A stretch of DNA of 64,000 nucleotides from contig RDEW01000024.1 in NCBI GenBank assembly GCA_011109175.1, positions 737,684 through 801,683 of the forward strand, given 5' to 3'. The notes under the pieces are model-generated. The model was not told the origin of the DNA. It worked only from the letters and a program-made list of their open reading frames with translations, and searched no databases. Each line of letters begins with the position of its first letter. Within the stretch, counting starts at the first letter, position 1. Positions 23,770 to 37,199 of the stretch are shown piece by piece. Both the position numbers and the translations under genes were made by a program. This DNA is from Dicyema japonicum. Taxonomy: Eukaryota; Animalia; Dicyemida.

Positions 23770-24340
23770 TTTTGATTCGAATAATGATTGTGGTCGGTAG
23801 ATAATCCATAATGCACCGTCAAGATGTGTCCGGTCCAAGGTTTGGGGAACAGAAGGTATTGTCTGGGGACTTGATGGTTCGTTTTCCTTGTAGGGAGTCC
23901 TAGTGTGCTTCCTGGGGTTTTGAGGATAGTCAGAGAGGTGAGTTAATTTAATAAGGATAATCCTCTTGAGTCTGCTGGATGTGATTTTAACCAGGCTGGA
24001 TTTTTAGCATTAACGACTCCACACAATATCAGGTTTCCAGCTTGTTTAACTTGGTTTATTTAGAGAGAATCTTTTTGGGCAAGAAAATGGAGGGGGACGT
24101 AGATGTTTGTAATGTTGAGAGTCACGAATCCAATTGTAATTGAAATCCTAGATATTTAAGTGCTCTTATCGTTTATCAGTGATTGTAGTTTGGCTGAAAT
24201 GTCTTTAAATCGAATGTTATCTATTATGAGGAGACTCCCCACCACGACTTTTTGAGCGGTCCAGTCGGATCTAATTGTATCCTGGAAAATGCGGGGTAGG
24301 CGATGATGGAGTAAGTCTGCTTTCTTGAAGTAAAATCAGG
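23770..24340 (-). mobile_element. LINE APE endonuclease relic
   Basis: FPGYN.IRLDRSKSRGG, TNIYVP, NLILCGVVNAKNPAW, SSPDNT, TDHN. Confidence 0.7.
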
Positions 24341-24695
24341 TCAATGTTCTGTTTTTAATGAAAAACCGTAGTTCGAAACTCCGTCTGAAAAGGATTATGC
24401 TCAAAGAGATGTGAACAATTTGAAAAAAATTATACACGAAAATTTCACACAAGGAACACAAGAAGTCGAATAAACTGTTATCACGCAGAAAAATGAAGAA
24501 AATTTAAGTCCCCTCTTCTTTCATGAAAGCGATGTTAGGGATACACTACATTCCGCAAACACCACACTCTCACGGTTGTTCTATTAAAAATCTTGCAGAT
24601 CCCATGTTGGGAAACACTGGTGTAGAGGATTGTCCTAAAAGTTTAAAACCATTTAATCCCTTAAAAACGAAAAGTTAACTAATCAAACGATCAAA

Positions 24696-25994
24696 TTATT
24701 CGATTATAGGATAAATTGGACCGATAGGAAATCTACAGTTATATTTCCCACGTGACAGTTTGAAGTATCCATGTATTCCCCATGCTTTTCCCCATCCATT
24801 TTTGATAAGCCAATACTTTTCACCTTTCATAATTCCATAACCAACAACAGAAATTACATGATTATAGTTCAAGTTATGACAATTCCTGATATGGTATACT
24901 CCTAAAACGTTTCATTCATATTTACCTCGGAGATAAGTTTGCATGCTTATTAAAGAACCATCAACTTGAGCAGTAATAGGACCAACTTTAATGAGATAGT
25001 CCATAAGCATTTGTTCGTTACCATTATTAAGTATTTTATAACCAGTCAATTTAAGTTTAATATTTGGTTTACCATCATATTTACATTTACCCTCATATTG
25101 AGTTATCCCTAGAGACATTACATTAGCCACATATGGATATCGTTTCACCATTATTAAGTATTTTATAACCAGTCAATTTAAGTTTAATATTTGGTTTACC
25201 ATCATATTTACATTTACCCTCATATTGAGTTATCCCTAGAGACATTACATTAGCCACATATGGATATCGTTTTTCAGAATTAATTCCTCCGTTATTTTTA
25301 ATGTAATCATAAACATCATCGACAGATCCACCACTGCATCCATGTTCATATACACAATCTACCATGTTTTGTTCACTCATAGATATAAGAATATTGTGTT
25401 TGATTGCAAAATGTAACTCCAACGTAGCCAACTAAATGTGTTAAACAATTGTTAACTGCTGCAAATGCATAGCAAGACCCACAAAAACCTCCTTGCATTT
25501 TTATATCAGTTACACAGTTTCGTTTTACCCAACTAAATGATTTGGGATATCTTGTTTTATTTGTATACACAATATAATCTTCTAATAATTCATTTGTGTT
25601 TGTTTGATTAGAATAAGAATTAAACTTGAATTTGTTTGGTTTTCTAAATTCCCTTCTTGTCTACAAAAATATATTGTAATTAAACCAGGTCAGCGAACTG
25701 ATTAATTCCCAATTCATACAAAAATCTACCTTGATTAAAAAGTATATTGTGGTTATCAATGAAGATTAAGTTTTCAGTAAAAATAGCCTTTCTAACCTGT
25801 AGTTCTAAGCCAGAATAGGATCTATCTTAAAATAAGTAAAAATAAATTTAACTATATTTTTCTATGAAATTATTCCATTGGATTTCATAATATTCATCGT
25901 CTTTAAGTGAATAATTGATTGATTCGTATTTGAAATGAATTTTAGATGAAATAAAGTTATTAAAAATTACAACAAGGAAAATTATGTTGATCAT
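24696..25994 (-). pseudogene. Cathepsin L-like cysteine protease, paralog 1; frameshifted as assembled by an identical 127-bp tandem duplication
   Basis: Signal peptide, ERFNIN-type prodomain (E..RKAIFTENL..I..HN), GINQFADL, QGGFCGSCYAF, NHVISVVGYG, YWLIKNGWG. Duplicate units start at 25021 and 25148 and may be an assembly artefact. Confidence 0.9.
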
Positions 25995-26959
25995 TTTAAT
26001 TAATTCTGTCTATTTTTTATTTAAATATTTTTGAAATAATATATTTTTTTTCATTAAAAATATATATTTTTGTTTTTTATGAGTTTATCCAAACGAAATT
26101 GATAATCGCATTATCTTTGCTAGATGGTCTTTCCTTGATCCTTTACCAGCTCTTTGGGTTCGGGTTGTGTTCTGGTTACGTTGGATTAGGTCTCCTCTGT
26201 TATTAGTGGTAACTTAGGTTTGGAATTAAAAAATATATTTTTTCTTACTTCACTGGAAAGTTCCCACGATGGTTGATTTGAATCGACGTGATGCTTGGAA
26301 AGAATACGTTTCACTTATACCGTGGGAACCGAATATACCCTATAAATAAGTCAAAATGAAAATATTTATTTTATTGTCAGGATCACTGGGTTGATAGGAA
26401 AAGTCCTCTCAGCTATCTAATGATCCCTGACTTAGAAAGGAAAGGCAAATCCGGCGAAATCTTTCTCGTGCATACGGGCCCTCGAAGGATAAAAATTATC
26501 GCTTCAGAATTGCACCCCAAAAGCCATCACGTGAACACTTTCTATCTGGATGGAAGAAAAGTAAAATTTCTTCACTCTCCAGAACCACCAGGACTTGACG
26601 CGAAAGTGGAGGATCTCTGTGTACTACTAAGAAATTAACTAAAACAAATATTCCCGCTAATTATGATTGTAACTATTCTAACAAAAATTAAAGAAATATT
26701 AAGTTCTTAGTAAAGCTAATCAAATTTATCACCTTCCTTGCAGCCATTCCATACACGAATAGTCAAATCCTCCGATGAACTAACATACTACAGAAGCAAT
26801 CAACTCACCTGGTTTTTCTCTGGAATATACTCAATTGATTTGATCACACCTCTATGTCTTTTATAAGACTTCACGATGCAGCACGTGTTTGATTACCACA
26901 CTCTGATCGTAGAAATTGACTGTACTTTATGACATTTCCGATTGAGGCGACTCCGTTCT

Positions 26960-27620
26960 CCATCTCCCTCTGCTTTGCGCATCTGTCCTTAGATCTTCTA
27001 GGTCACTGCAGATTAAAGTTTCTTCCAATTCCGTTAATATCCTTGTTTAGAGCCACAGAGAGGGTGACTCTAGGTCTTCCTCTAAACGATGGTTTGTTCT
27101 CATTGTTAAACTAATAGTCTATTATTATATTTGCAGGGGCGTTCATGTCCATTCTAAACACGTGCCTAAACAGTTTCAATCTTGATTCAATAATGTCGAT
27201 CATTTTTGCCTGTATTGTGCCACAGAGTCTAATTACTTATTTGAAATCTCCTTAGAGAAGCCTAGCCCCATTAAATTTCGTAATTGTTTTCGATTAAATA
27301 TATCCATTTTCTTGAGCTTTGTGACCCTCTCCTCTATGTACCCGAGTTGTACATAAGTACCGGCTTCATAAATGAGTTGTATATCTTATTCTTAGATTTG
27401 TTTTTTTAGTTTTCGTCGACTCCATATCTTCTGCATTTTCATGTAAATGACATCTCGCATTCCAATCCATATCCTCCAAAGGAAAGCTTAAATAATTAAA
27501 TCACCCCAACTTGTATTCCAAAGCATATAAAGTCATTTTGCGAATTGTCGGAAAATTGAGTATTCAAAGTAGAAGACTACAATAAGTTAACAATGGAATT
27601 GAGTCTCCTCTAATTCATTA
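26960..27620 (-). mobile_element. RTE-clade LINE, ORF C-terminal relic
   Basis: KIYN.FMKPVLMYNSGTW..HVFRMD..FRGRPRVTL; duplicated at 43270-43940. Confidence 0.75.
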
Positions 27621-27689
27621 GATTTTTTATGATGAAGGCAACAATACCACCATGAACAAGCGCTTTGAAGATCTCTTTGAAATTCTGTG

Positions 27690-28390
27690 ATACTTGTTCA
27701 ATGTACGATTGAGAGCATCATATTTGACTCATTTTTTCAGCAGACTGAAGAAGATGATTTGTAAGTCCGCTTATGTATCTTGCAGAATTTATATTACCCT
27801 CAATGGCTTCCAAATAGCCCTCACCGTAATAAGAGAAACTCCCCAGAACAAGATTTTTCCTAAAATTGAAATTTCAGTAAGCTAACTTTTTCAAACTTAT
27901 TAGTTTATGCTATGAATTCCGGCTTCAAAGAGTCTTTTGCATTTTTGTAAACTATTGCGTTCTTTTTTGTCGGTCTCAGATCAAATGACATTTGTAAGTT
28001 TTTCATTCATCATCAGAAACTTGTAAAAAAATTAACCATTTTCGTCTTTCCAGAATGTTTTTTCGACTCTAACAAGGTTTTTTGATTGTTTTTCGACAGA
28101 ATATTTTCTTTTTATTCAAAGTTCGGATTACTGCTTGCCTGGAAACTTGTCTTCCAATGGAATTCTTGAGTTCCGTAGATAACTTTAGCGATGAAAACTA
28201 AGGATTTTCACTGGAAATATTGCATAAAGTAATTATCTTCGATTCATTTAACTTTGGTAGACGCCCTGTACCCGGATTACGAAAAATCCTTCCGGTCTTT
28301 TTGTATCTACTGATGAAACTTCCGACAGTAGAAAAGGGAACTTCAGTCTCTATGGAAATTTGTCTAAGAGACATTTTCTGGTTGTGCAAT
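27690..28390 (-). mobile_element. Tc1 transposase relic
   Basis: HNQKMSLRQISIETEVPFSTVGSFISRYKKTGRIFRNPGTGRLPKL; same family as 21109. Confidence 0.85.
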
Positions 28391-28439
28391 CCGAGAGTTT
28401 CATCACTCTTTATCCCAAGAGTTTCATCCACTAGCATGC

Positions 28440-28750
28440 CCAGAGTATCTGTCTTTTAAGAATCCTGTTTCCACTTCAAGAAAAATTGTACTTGCCAAGT
28501 CATCTCAGAGATGTTCATGTTGTCGTCTAGTCAGAACTTGGAAGATTGAAATCTCCTGTTCTGCTTGTTGAGATTTTTTCCACCTCAGTTGTATCAAGCT
28601 ATCCCAATCTCTGCGAGTGGGCTTGGATTCAGTCACTTTCCATATCGGTTTTACCTCAATCTTTCTTCCACCTTGGTTTTACATACACTAGCTCCCCCAT
28701 CCGGAGTAAGTCGCCTGACTGCATCGAACAATGAAGTTCTCGCAATACGG
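28440..28750 (+). mobile_element. PHD-finger-containing LINE ORF1 relic (copy 1)
   Basis: Homologous to 44600-44950, where the PHD spacing is clearer. Confidence 0.4.
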
Positions 28751-29189
28751 AATCTTTTCCCTGTAGCTGTGGCGGGCTCGACGGAATGAGACCTGGTCAT
28801 CTGAAAGATCTAACTTCCATTTCTATAGTAGACCAAAGACTTGGTCATAAGAATTCAATTACTTCACCTATGAATCGGAGCACTTTCCGAAGTTATCCTC
28901 TATGTCCTATTCTCAGCCAATTTGATAGTTTTCGATAAGAAGGGCGGCAGAGTACGGCCGGTCTGGTTCGTCTTCATCCTCCCCTATATTAACCTCATTA
29001 AAAGAAAAAATATTAAAGTGTAACCTCAGACTCTTGGATCACTCATTCTGAAATACTTAGCTACCCTCTCTAAGAGATTAATTCTTGCGCTTCCTAAACA
29101 GATCTAAACAATTTAAAGATGCGTCAACGGTTACATAAATGTTGTTGGAATTAAAGTTTTCAAAACACTTGTTTCATCAAAAAAAATGA

Positions 29190-30900
29190 TTTCACTTAAA
29201 ATAAATCGTAAAAATTAAGGGTTGATAATGTCCAGGATCTGCAAATTATTATATTTGAGAGAGGAATCACCGAGGATCAATTTACACCTTGAAATGAATG
29301 AGGATATTGAAAGACAATGGGTTAAAGATTGTCTTCCTTCAGGGGGAGTTGAATCAATTTGGAAAGTTATTCATGACTATTCAGTTCGACACCAATGGAG
29401 AATGTCTGACATTTGTTTTTCCACTCAGCAATCGCAGATGGGGATTTGAATATGGGTAGTGAAATTGGTGTCACTAAAAATCATGGAAGTAATGGTAAAC
29501 TTACAATTTTAGTAAATCAAGTGAAATATATTTCAAAAATTTATTATGGTTTTCAGGATTATTAACATAATTGTGTTTCTCAGTTATGTATCCCAGAAAG
29601 ATGTTAATAGCAGGAAAGGTGTTGTCTCAGACTTCAAATTTAGGGAACTAAAAAAATACTCCGTCCTTAGAGATTATTTACGATTTATCCTTATCATCTT
29701 CATAACTTTTAAAACCGTTGAAAGAATTAGTTTGAAAAATCTGATTGCTTTTCTGGGGTGAGTTAATACAAGGAGTCAGTTTTTGATATATGCAAAGGCC
29801 TCTCCAATCTCTAGACTTTATCATGCCAGGTGTGCTTTCTCGATACCTAGGAGATGAGAGTCAAAAAATCTCAATTTGTCGATGTAGTAGAGTGGATCAA
29901 AACTGAGGCATACTTCCTCGATCCAAAGGAAGTTATTGGTCTTACGAAAATCGAAGACTCAGTGACTTGAAAAAGTATCTAGGTCGAGGCGAAAACCGAG
30001 TTCCAATTCATAGCTTCTCAGATTAGTAAACCATTAGTTCTCCTTTGACATAGATATCAGAAAAGCTCAGGACGTGTGAACACTGTTTAAAATCTTTAAA
30101 TTCTTGAAAACTTCAACATTTCCTGAGATTTACAATTCTCGAAAACCCGTGTTGTGAGTTGAAAAGTTATTGCTATGTGTCTTCCTTATATATATTTTTG
30201 TTTGGTGAGATTCTAAAGGTGATGAGACAGAAAACCTTGAAAGCCCTATATAGTGGGTAACTTCTCTGTAATGTTGGGACATCATTTACTTGCCTTCTGA
30301 CGTCCTTGTAACTCCTGCTCCACTAATGTCGAAGATCATCACAAGTTTCAGCTTCAGAAAAAAGGTTGGAGAAGTAGATTTACTCTCTTCAATTTTCATT
30401 ACACCTCACGACATCATTTACTTGCCTTCTGACGTCCTTGTAACTCCTGCTCCACTAATGTCGAAGATCATCACAAGTTTCAGCTTCAGAAAAAAGGTTG
30501 GAGAAGTAGATTTACTCTCTTCAATTTTCATTACACCTCACGTCGACATTTGGTGGAAGAGTTTTCATAGTGTAATCTTTACCATGTATTTGGTCAGAGA
30601 GATGTAGGAAGATACTATTCGCCTACTATATATTGCCATAAAGACTCGTAGTCTCACTGGTGGGATCTGTTTACGAGAATTGACTTTCATTAAAAAATCC
30701 ATCATCGGATTCGAACACACAAGTAATAAGATGTCAAGTTCAGGCAGAAGGCTATTGATGATTATTACTTAACATCCCAATACCACGGTAAAACCAAACT
30801 AATTATCACGTGATCCCGATTCGTTCCATCAGTGACCATATCATTGCCCGATGTTCCTTCCTTGTGCCTGCGCATAGTCGTACACGTCGACTTGGGATCT
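29190..30900 (+). mobile_element. LINE relic: ORF1-like region followed by APE endonuclease
   Basis: RKGVVSDF..IAFLG (ORF1-like), FSFRKKVGEVDLL..DIW (APE start), ISDHII (APE end motif); degraded. Confidence 0.45.
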
Positions 30901-31699
30901 GCTATTTCAGGATTTTACATTTTAGATGTTTGGCATAGAGGATAGATGTCTGACTCACGTATGGAGAGAAAGAATAAAGATGAGTTAAGTGCTATCTTTT
31001 CTATGTGGGGGTGATTTCAAGTGATTAAAATAAATCAATACAAAAATACATATAAATTGATTTCCTTGACTGAGATATAGTAACAGTTGGGAGGGTCTAC
31101 TAGATTTGCAAAGGAATATCTTACTTCCAGTATAACGTAACTATTATTAGATGGGAAAAATAAGTTCGGGAAGTTCAAGGGGAATTAAAGAAAAGGATTC
31201 TTACCTCTGTCCTCTGGACTCCCAAATGATAATATATCTTTGTCATTGAAATATGGTTAGAATTTTATATCTTTAATAAAAAAAACGAGACTGAGCCCTA
31301 TCAATCGCAGACCATGACCGGGTATCAACTAAAGCCATTTGAAGCTTTGTTATCAAAAAGGTCTGGAACGTATTCCACCACCTTCCATAGCACGGGAAGT
31401 TCATTTCCACATGGCGCGTTTACTTAGTGATCACGTAAATTTACTTTCGCATCTGATAGGATTGGACAATCGACTTTTCACCTATGTAATTTTATTTTAA
31501 AAACAAGAATTAATTATTTCTAGAATAACTGCAGATGAATTTCTCATCGAATTAACATAATTAATAAACTGTTTTCGATATTAACATAATTTATGAAACT
31601 AACATGATTTTTATGGTAATTTTTTAATAAAATATACAAATTATTGCATTTTAACTTTAAAATCATGTGAAAACAATTATTAAAATTAAGTAAAGTTGT

Positions 31700-32130
31700 T
31701 ATGACAGGTCTCCATTATGGCTTGCAGGCGTTGAGCAAGCAATAAGAATTATTTGTCACAATCCCGATGCCAATGTCCTGTTAGAATATGGTGGTTCTAT
31801 ATGATCAGCCTGTCTCAGATGGCGCACACTGCCAGGGTGGCATTTAAATGATCATTTTCTTTCCTCCAATCCACTGGATGGGTTCCCACGACTGTGAGGA
31901 ATGGACGTTTTCAACCTTTTATGCTGCTTCTGGATTAACCCAGTATTCAGTGGTCGTAGAATTGACGAGAGAAACCAAGATCTATCACTAGTTTATTTTG
32001 TTTCAACGTAGTTTCGTATCGTTGAGAATATTTAAGTGTAAATACCATACACGTGTGCTTCGCATTCTGATGAGCAATAATTAAACTGGCAACATAACAA
32101 TTTCAAAAATTATACGATTCCCAATAATGA
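31700..32130 (+). pseudogene. Possible F5/8 type C (discoidin)-like domain relic, copy 1
   Basis: Homologous to 49620-50050; the resemblance rests only on motif spacing. Confidence 0.2.
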
Positions 32131-32599
32131 ACGTGAATAAATCAAAGATCAGTTTGTTACCGTGTAAAGCTGTCAAGAAAAGAAGATGTTTTAAAGGAGA
32201 TATCAAAAAGAAGACGGAGTATATGTTTAATAAGAACATCTATCCGTCCAAATTAGAGAATCAAATGTTGCAAAAACCTTTGATCTACCGGAGCATAATA
32301 TAAGGATTTGGTTCTCTAGCAGAAGGCAGAAAAAACGTAAATTTGATAAAAAGAATTGTAAGTTTAATTTTGTTAATTACTTCAATTTTTGACTCATAAA
32401 TTAAAAATTTGACTTGTCTATGCTAACGATACACGTTGAGCTCAATTTGATAGCATTTTGTGTTTCGAAAAAATTACCAGTTAGCTAAGTGATTAATTTG
32501 TCTGAAGGTTGAAGTCGTGACGTACTTGCATTGGTTCATCTTCTAGTGAACATGGACAAGGCGATAGACTCGGGAGACGTCTACGTGTGTGTCAAACAG

Positions 32600-33020
32600 A
32601 GATCCAATCACTTGTCACATCCAAGATTCTTTGACATCTTTTGAAAAAAATGTCGACCTTGTTTAACTTCAAGGTGACTGTCTTTCTTTTAATCTTTTGT
32701 CCGAGGTAAAAGGGACGTGGATATTTATTCTGAGGCCTTCTGAATCTCTCGATTTTCGAAGCCAACACATTATCATCCGCATGGAAGAGTAGAGCGTCAT
32801 TATCAGATTCAAGTGTTGGGAGACCGTCCAGAATGAGGTTAATTAGAGTAGGGGATAAAAGAGATCCTTGAGGGACTCCGTTGGGGAGGAGACGCGAGAT
32901 TGATTTCTGACCTCCGAGACATACACGTCCTCTTAGGAAGTTGATGATCCAAAGCTTGAACTTCCCTGGGATCTCCGATTGAATTTTTTTTCTCGATAGA
33001 TTCTTCCTCGAGACTTAGTC
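32600..33020 (-). mobile_element. LINE RT fragment
   Basis: GVPQGSLLSPTLINLILDGLP..LLFHADDNVL. Confidence 0.7.
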
Positions 33021-33029
33021 AAAAGTTTT

Positions 33030-33390
33030 GTATATGTCGATCTAGCAGAGCGCTGTTTTTAAGTGCTTAGGGGAACAATCTTCACGAGTGCGATCAAGGG
33101 CCTGCTCTGCAGCCGTCAAAACGGATTAGGCCAAACTCAAAAATACGACGACCCTCCTGATAATATCTAATTTGTTCCCTTTGATATGGAGAATTCCAGA
33201 TCCTACTCCCCTCTACACTAGAGTTTTTCGGACGTCTTGGAAACCGGATCACCTCATACTTGGAGATATCCGCGAACGCCGCTGGCTGTTTGAGCTAATT
33301 TCGCTTGCAATTCTGAGAAAGAACAGCCACGCAGTGAAGGCGGCCGCTAACTAATGTTTTGTCTTTATCATTTTTAATTAAAAAAGTGTA
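33030..33390 (+). mobile_element. CRE-like element 3' end
   Basis: ACSAAVK..KY..GDIRERRWLFELISLAILRKNSHAVKAAAN-stop plus the shared 3' UTR ACTAATGTTTTGTC.TTATCATTTTT. Confidence 0.8.
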
Positions 33391-33619
33391 CATAATTAAA
33401 AATATAAACTGAATTTTATAAATGGCTGGCTTATCCAAAAGTTTTGCCAGAAACCATAGCCCTGTTAGGTTCTTTATTAGTCTTAATTCAGTTTATTAAA
33501 TTGTTTAAAAATTAATTTAATATTAATTTAATATTAAAAATTGGTTGACATTGTGGTATACCCTTTAATAATATTTTATTTATTAGCGTGTCGCAAAATT
33601 TAACTTTGTATTTTTACAG

Positions 33620-33960
33620 CATGGCTATTCTCTTCTTAACATGGACTCCATAACTTTGTTTTTAAGAACATTACGTCCCTCGTCTTCAAAAAATGCACTA
33701 CATAACTTTGTTTAAGAACATTACTTCCCTCATCTTCAAAAACACCCATATATCGATTTCCACTGACTCCTTCCAGAGTTCACTATATGACAACGATTTA
33801 ACATTAGAGACTGACTTTTCAGAGTTCATCTCCAAGCCGGCAACAAGAAAGAATTCGCGAACAACTTTCATCATTTTAATAACAGTGAAATTTAGCTGAA
33901 TGTAATATCCCTAGTTGTTGGTTGTAAAGTCCGAGATTTGTCCCGGCAACTATCGGGAGA
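33620..33960 (-). mobile_element. R4/Dong-like RT fragment (post-catalytic region)
   Basis: KMMKVVREFFLVAGLEMNSEKS..GVFEDEGSNV; duplicated at 51540-51900. Confidence 0.55.
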
Positions 33961-35237
33961 AGCTTTCTTCAAAAGCGATTTTTTTGATAATATATACAAT
34001 TTTGTTTTTTAATAAATCAAAGTTATTTCTTTTTTAAAATTAAATTGGTTAGCAATGCACGTGGTAGACGATATTGCATAAAATGCAGGAAGCGCTTAAC
34101 AAGAACTTTGCACAATTGACTAAAGTTCCGTTATAATGCGATCTAAAATGACTGGATCAGTGAAGATAGCTGTAATGTTCACGGTCCGCTCATCTAAAGT
34201 AAGCGGTGAGCAAACAGTTAGTCATAACGATAGGGAGGCTATAATACCGACTTCATTCCTTTCGAAAAGTCAGATGGAATAGTGTTCGTCTACAAATCGG
34301 TCCCAAATCCAAATAATCCACATCAAACAGAGGGAAAACGAAATATTTCCTATCTTTGTCATAAGGACTAAAAGTGAACCTTGATCACTTTCATAACAGT
34401 TTCCAACTGATTCTGAGTCAGGCCCCCACCAGTTGTTTTGTCACTACAAACCTGGAATAAATTTCTGTTCTTTTCGCGCGCTTTCTGAGGATAAGTCAAA
34501 GTCATACTTGTATGTCTCAGAATAAACTCTCAAATTCAATTTTTTCCATTTTCAAGTCATAATAAATGTTTCTTTGGCTAAGTGCTTCACTTCTCCAATT
34601 GCTTGAAAGCCAATGACCGCGAATTATAATAATCGAGTACTCTCTTTCCTTTATGGCTGTCCTTCTCCAACAAAAGTTCACAGGCGAAATCCCTAAATCT
34701 ATCCAAACTCCCTATCCGAAAATATCCGAATGTCATTTCTTGAATATATGACCTATTTTCACTAAAAAAATTTTTATTTTCATTATATTGAATTAGGGAA
34801 TTATCATCATCGATTTGATCCCCCGATTAAACTTTAAATGCTAATTTCTGAATTTTCAAAATTAATAATTGTATCTTTGGATTTCCATTTTATGGACCAA
34901 CACAAGTACACATTAATTCGCCAAAGTTTATGATTTTCTAACTGCCAGGTTGAGCTTATGATTAAGATGGCTTACATCCTGAAGACCTCGTTGAGCATTT
35001 TTCTAGCTAATCTGATTGCTTTCTCAGATTTCCTTATTAAAGAAAACTTTCATCAGAAAATAAACCTTACTGGTGGCCCTTGTCGGTCTGAAATCAACTA
35101 ATTTGTTCAGAACTTTTATTTCATTTTCTCTGACACAGTGATTTGTGATAATGATGTTTTGTTTATTATGCTAAGATGGATGGAAAGTTGATCTTGCGCT
35201 GAGAGTGATGACACGTTATTTAACAGGTGTCAACATC

Positions 35238-35350
35238 TAATAATAATAAATAATAATAAAGCCTTTTCACGAGAGCCATATAAATTATAGTTACGCATGG
35301 GCAGGACACACACTTTATTTAAGTAATGAACATTTAATTTTTTCTAATCG
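35238..35350 (-). mobile_element. 5'-truncated SINE 3' end with (TTA)n tail
   Basis: Reverse complement AAGATCATTCCTTGGTTCTACGATTAG..AAATAAAGTGTGTGTCCTGCC..ATGGCTCTCGTGAAAAGGCTTTATTATTA. Confidence 0.78.
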
Positions 35351-35689
35351 TAGAACCAAGGAATGATCTTTAAATTTTTTAAAATATTAAAAATAATATT
35401 AAAAAAATAAAATTAATTTTTAAAAATGTTGGAAAATATCATTGAAAATAAAAAAAATCTATAAAATGGCAAATTTAAAAGTGGCATATTTGAGAGAGTT
35501 TACTGTATTTACTTTTTTATTAAAAAATACAATATATTGATTTTGCTTTTGGAAAGTAGCTGTCATATTTTAAATAAGTACCATCTCCTATTTTCTGCAA
35601 ACTTTTTAGGAATCAGCATTAGAGGGTGAGGTCTTCCTCTTTGGACTATTTCGTTTTTTAATCAATGTTTTAGTCCTTTAGTCTTTGAA

Positions 35690-36000
35690 AATGGAGAAAT
35701 TCAGTCCATTTGAATAGTGTACTTACCTCATATGATTGTTTTAACATTTGCCTATTTGATCAATATAATATTCATGCATCCACGTATTGACTGATGCTTA
35801 TCAATTGCCGAGGTCATAGTTGATTATGGTTGGCAAATTTCTTGTATACATGATCGTGTATTCAAGTTCAAAAAGAACAAGCTGTGATTGCCCAGAATGT
35901 CGCATTTGACAGAATATCAATGTAGAGGATCTAATTACTGCTAACAAATGCTTATAGTTAATTCTCCAATTTATCACTTTTATATTGAAGAGAGGTCAGG
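35690..36000 (+). pseudogene. Possible RING-finger gene relic
   Basis: Fragments PRI.., GHS, CDCPECR in broken frames; duplicated at 55727-56000. Confidence 0.2.
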
Positions 36001-36182
36001 GGATCACGGTTTACCTTCATTTTAAGTAGATGGTTCTTGTGCGATGAGTCTAGTTTTAGAGGATGCAAAAAATCTTACAGATCCTCAATTTCCATATCTT
36101 TTCATGAATTTTCCATATGCATCGAAAAAATTGACTTACATTAAATCGACCTTGAGGCATTCGTCGCATAATATTGAAATGC

Positions 36183-37000
36183 ATTGACGTCATCCGTCAG
36201 AAGAACCGACCATTGGGGAGAGAATTATCAAAAAGACCAAGTTGAATCTCAGGGATCAGATTGTTCAGAAGCAAGATGAAAAGGAAAAACGGAAACATAT
36301 TTACGAGGAGAGACATGAAATATTGACTTGTTAAGGAATAATGAGATATTTATAAAGGGNNNNNNNNNNNNNNNNNNNNNNNNNNNNNNNNNNNNNNNNN
36401 NNNNNNNNNNNNNNNNNNNNNNNNNNNNNNNNNNNNNNNNNNNNNNNNNNNNNNNNNNNNNNNNNNNNNNNNNNNAACAGGAACATTCATCTTCAAGCTT
36501 GCTTTAAATTATTTAAATTTTTTAAAATATTAAAAATAATATTAAAAAATAAAAATAATTTTTAAAAATGTTGGAAAATATCATTGAAAATAAAAAAAAT
36601 CTATAAAATGGCAAATTTAAAAGTGGCATATTTGAGAGAGTTTACTGTATTTACTTTTTTATTAAAAAATACAATATATTGATTTTGCTTTTGGAAAGAG
36701 GCTGTCATATTCTAATAAGTACCATTTCCTATTTTCAGCAAACTCTTTAGGAGCAAACTCTTAGGAGTCAGCATTGACGTCATCCGTCAGAAGAACCGAC
36801 CATTGGGGAGAGAATTATCAAAAAGACCAAGTTGAATCTCAGGGATCAGATTGTTCAGAAGCAAGATGAAGAGGAAAAACGGAAACATATTTACGAGGAG
36901 AGACATGAAATATTGACTTGTTAAGGAATAATGAGATATTTATAAAGGGGGAATTGCGAGTTTACATAGAAGCTGAAGATTCCATCAAAGAGTGATACAT
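36183..37000 (+). repeat. Multicopy ~180-220 bp unit encoding a charged coiled-coil-like stretch (further copies near 60275, 60510, 62275, 62415)
   Basis: GTTGAATCTCAGGGATCAGATTGTTCAGAAGCAAGATGAAGAGGAAAAACGGAAACATATT occurs at least 6 times, often next to gaps. Confidence 0.8.
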
Positions 37001-37199
37001 ATGATTAAGATGATTGAAAACGTCGCCAAATATACCAACAAAATAACAAAATTTTGAGATTTGATCAATCAAGTAGATCAGAGTTTTACAAATAAAAATT
37101 GTTCGATTTCAAGTTAGAGAATAAAACATCTTGTCAAAACACGAACTCTTGACAGCTATCTAACATCGTTATGATACAAGAGAACAGTGCGTCTGCATC

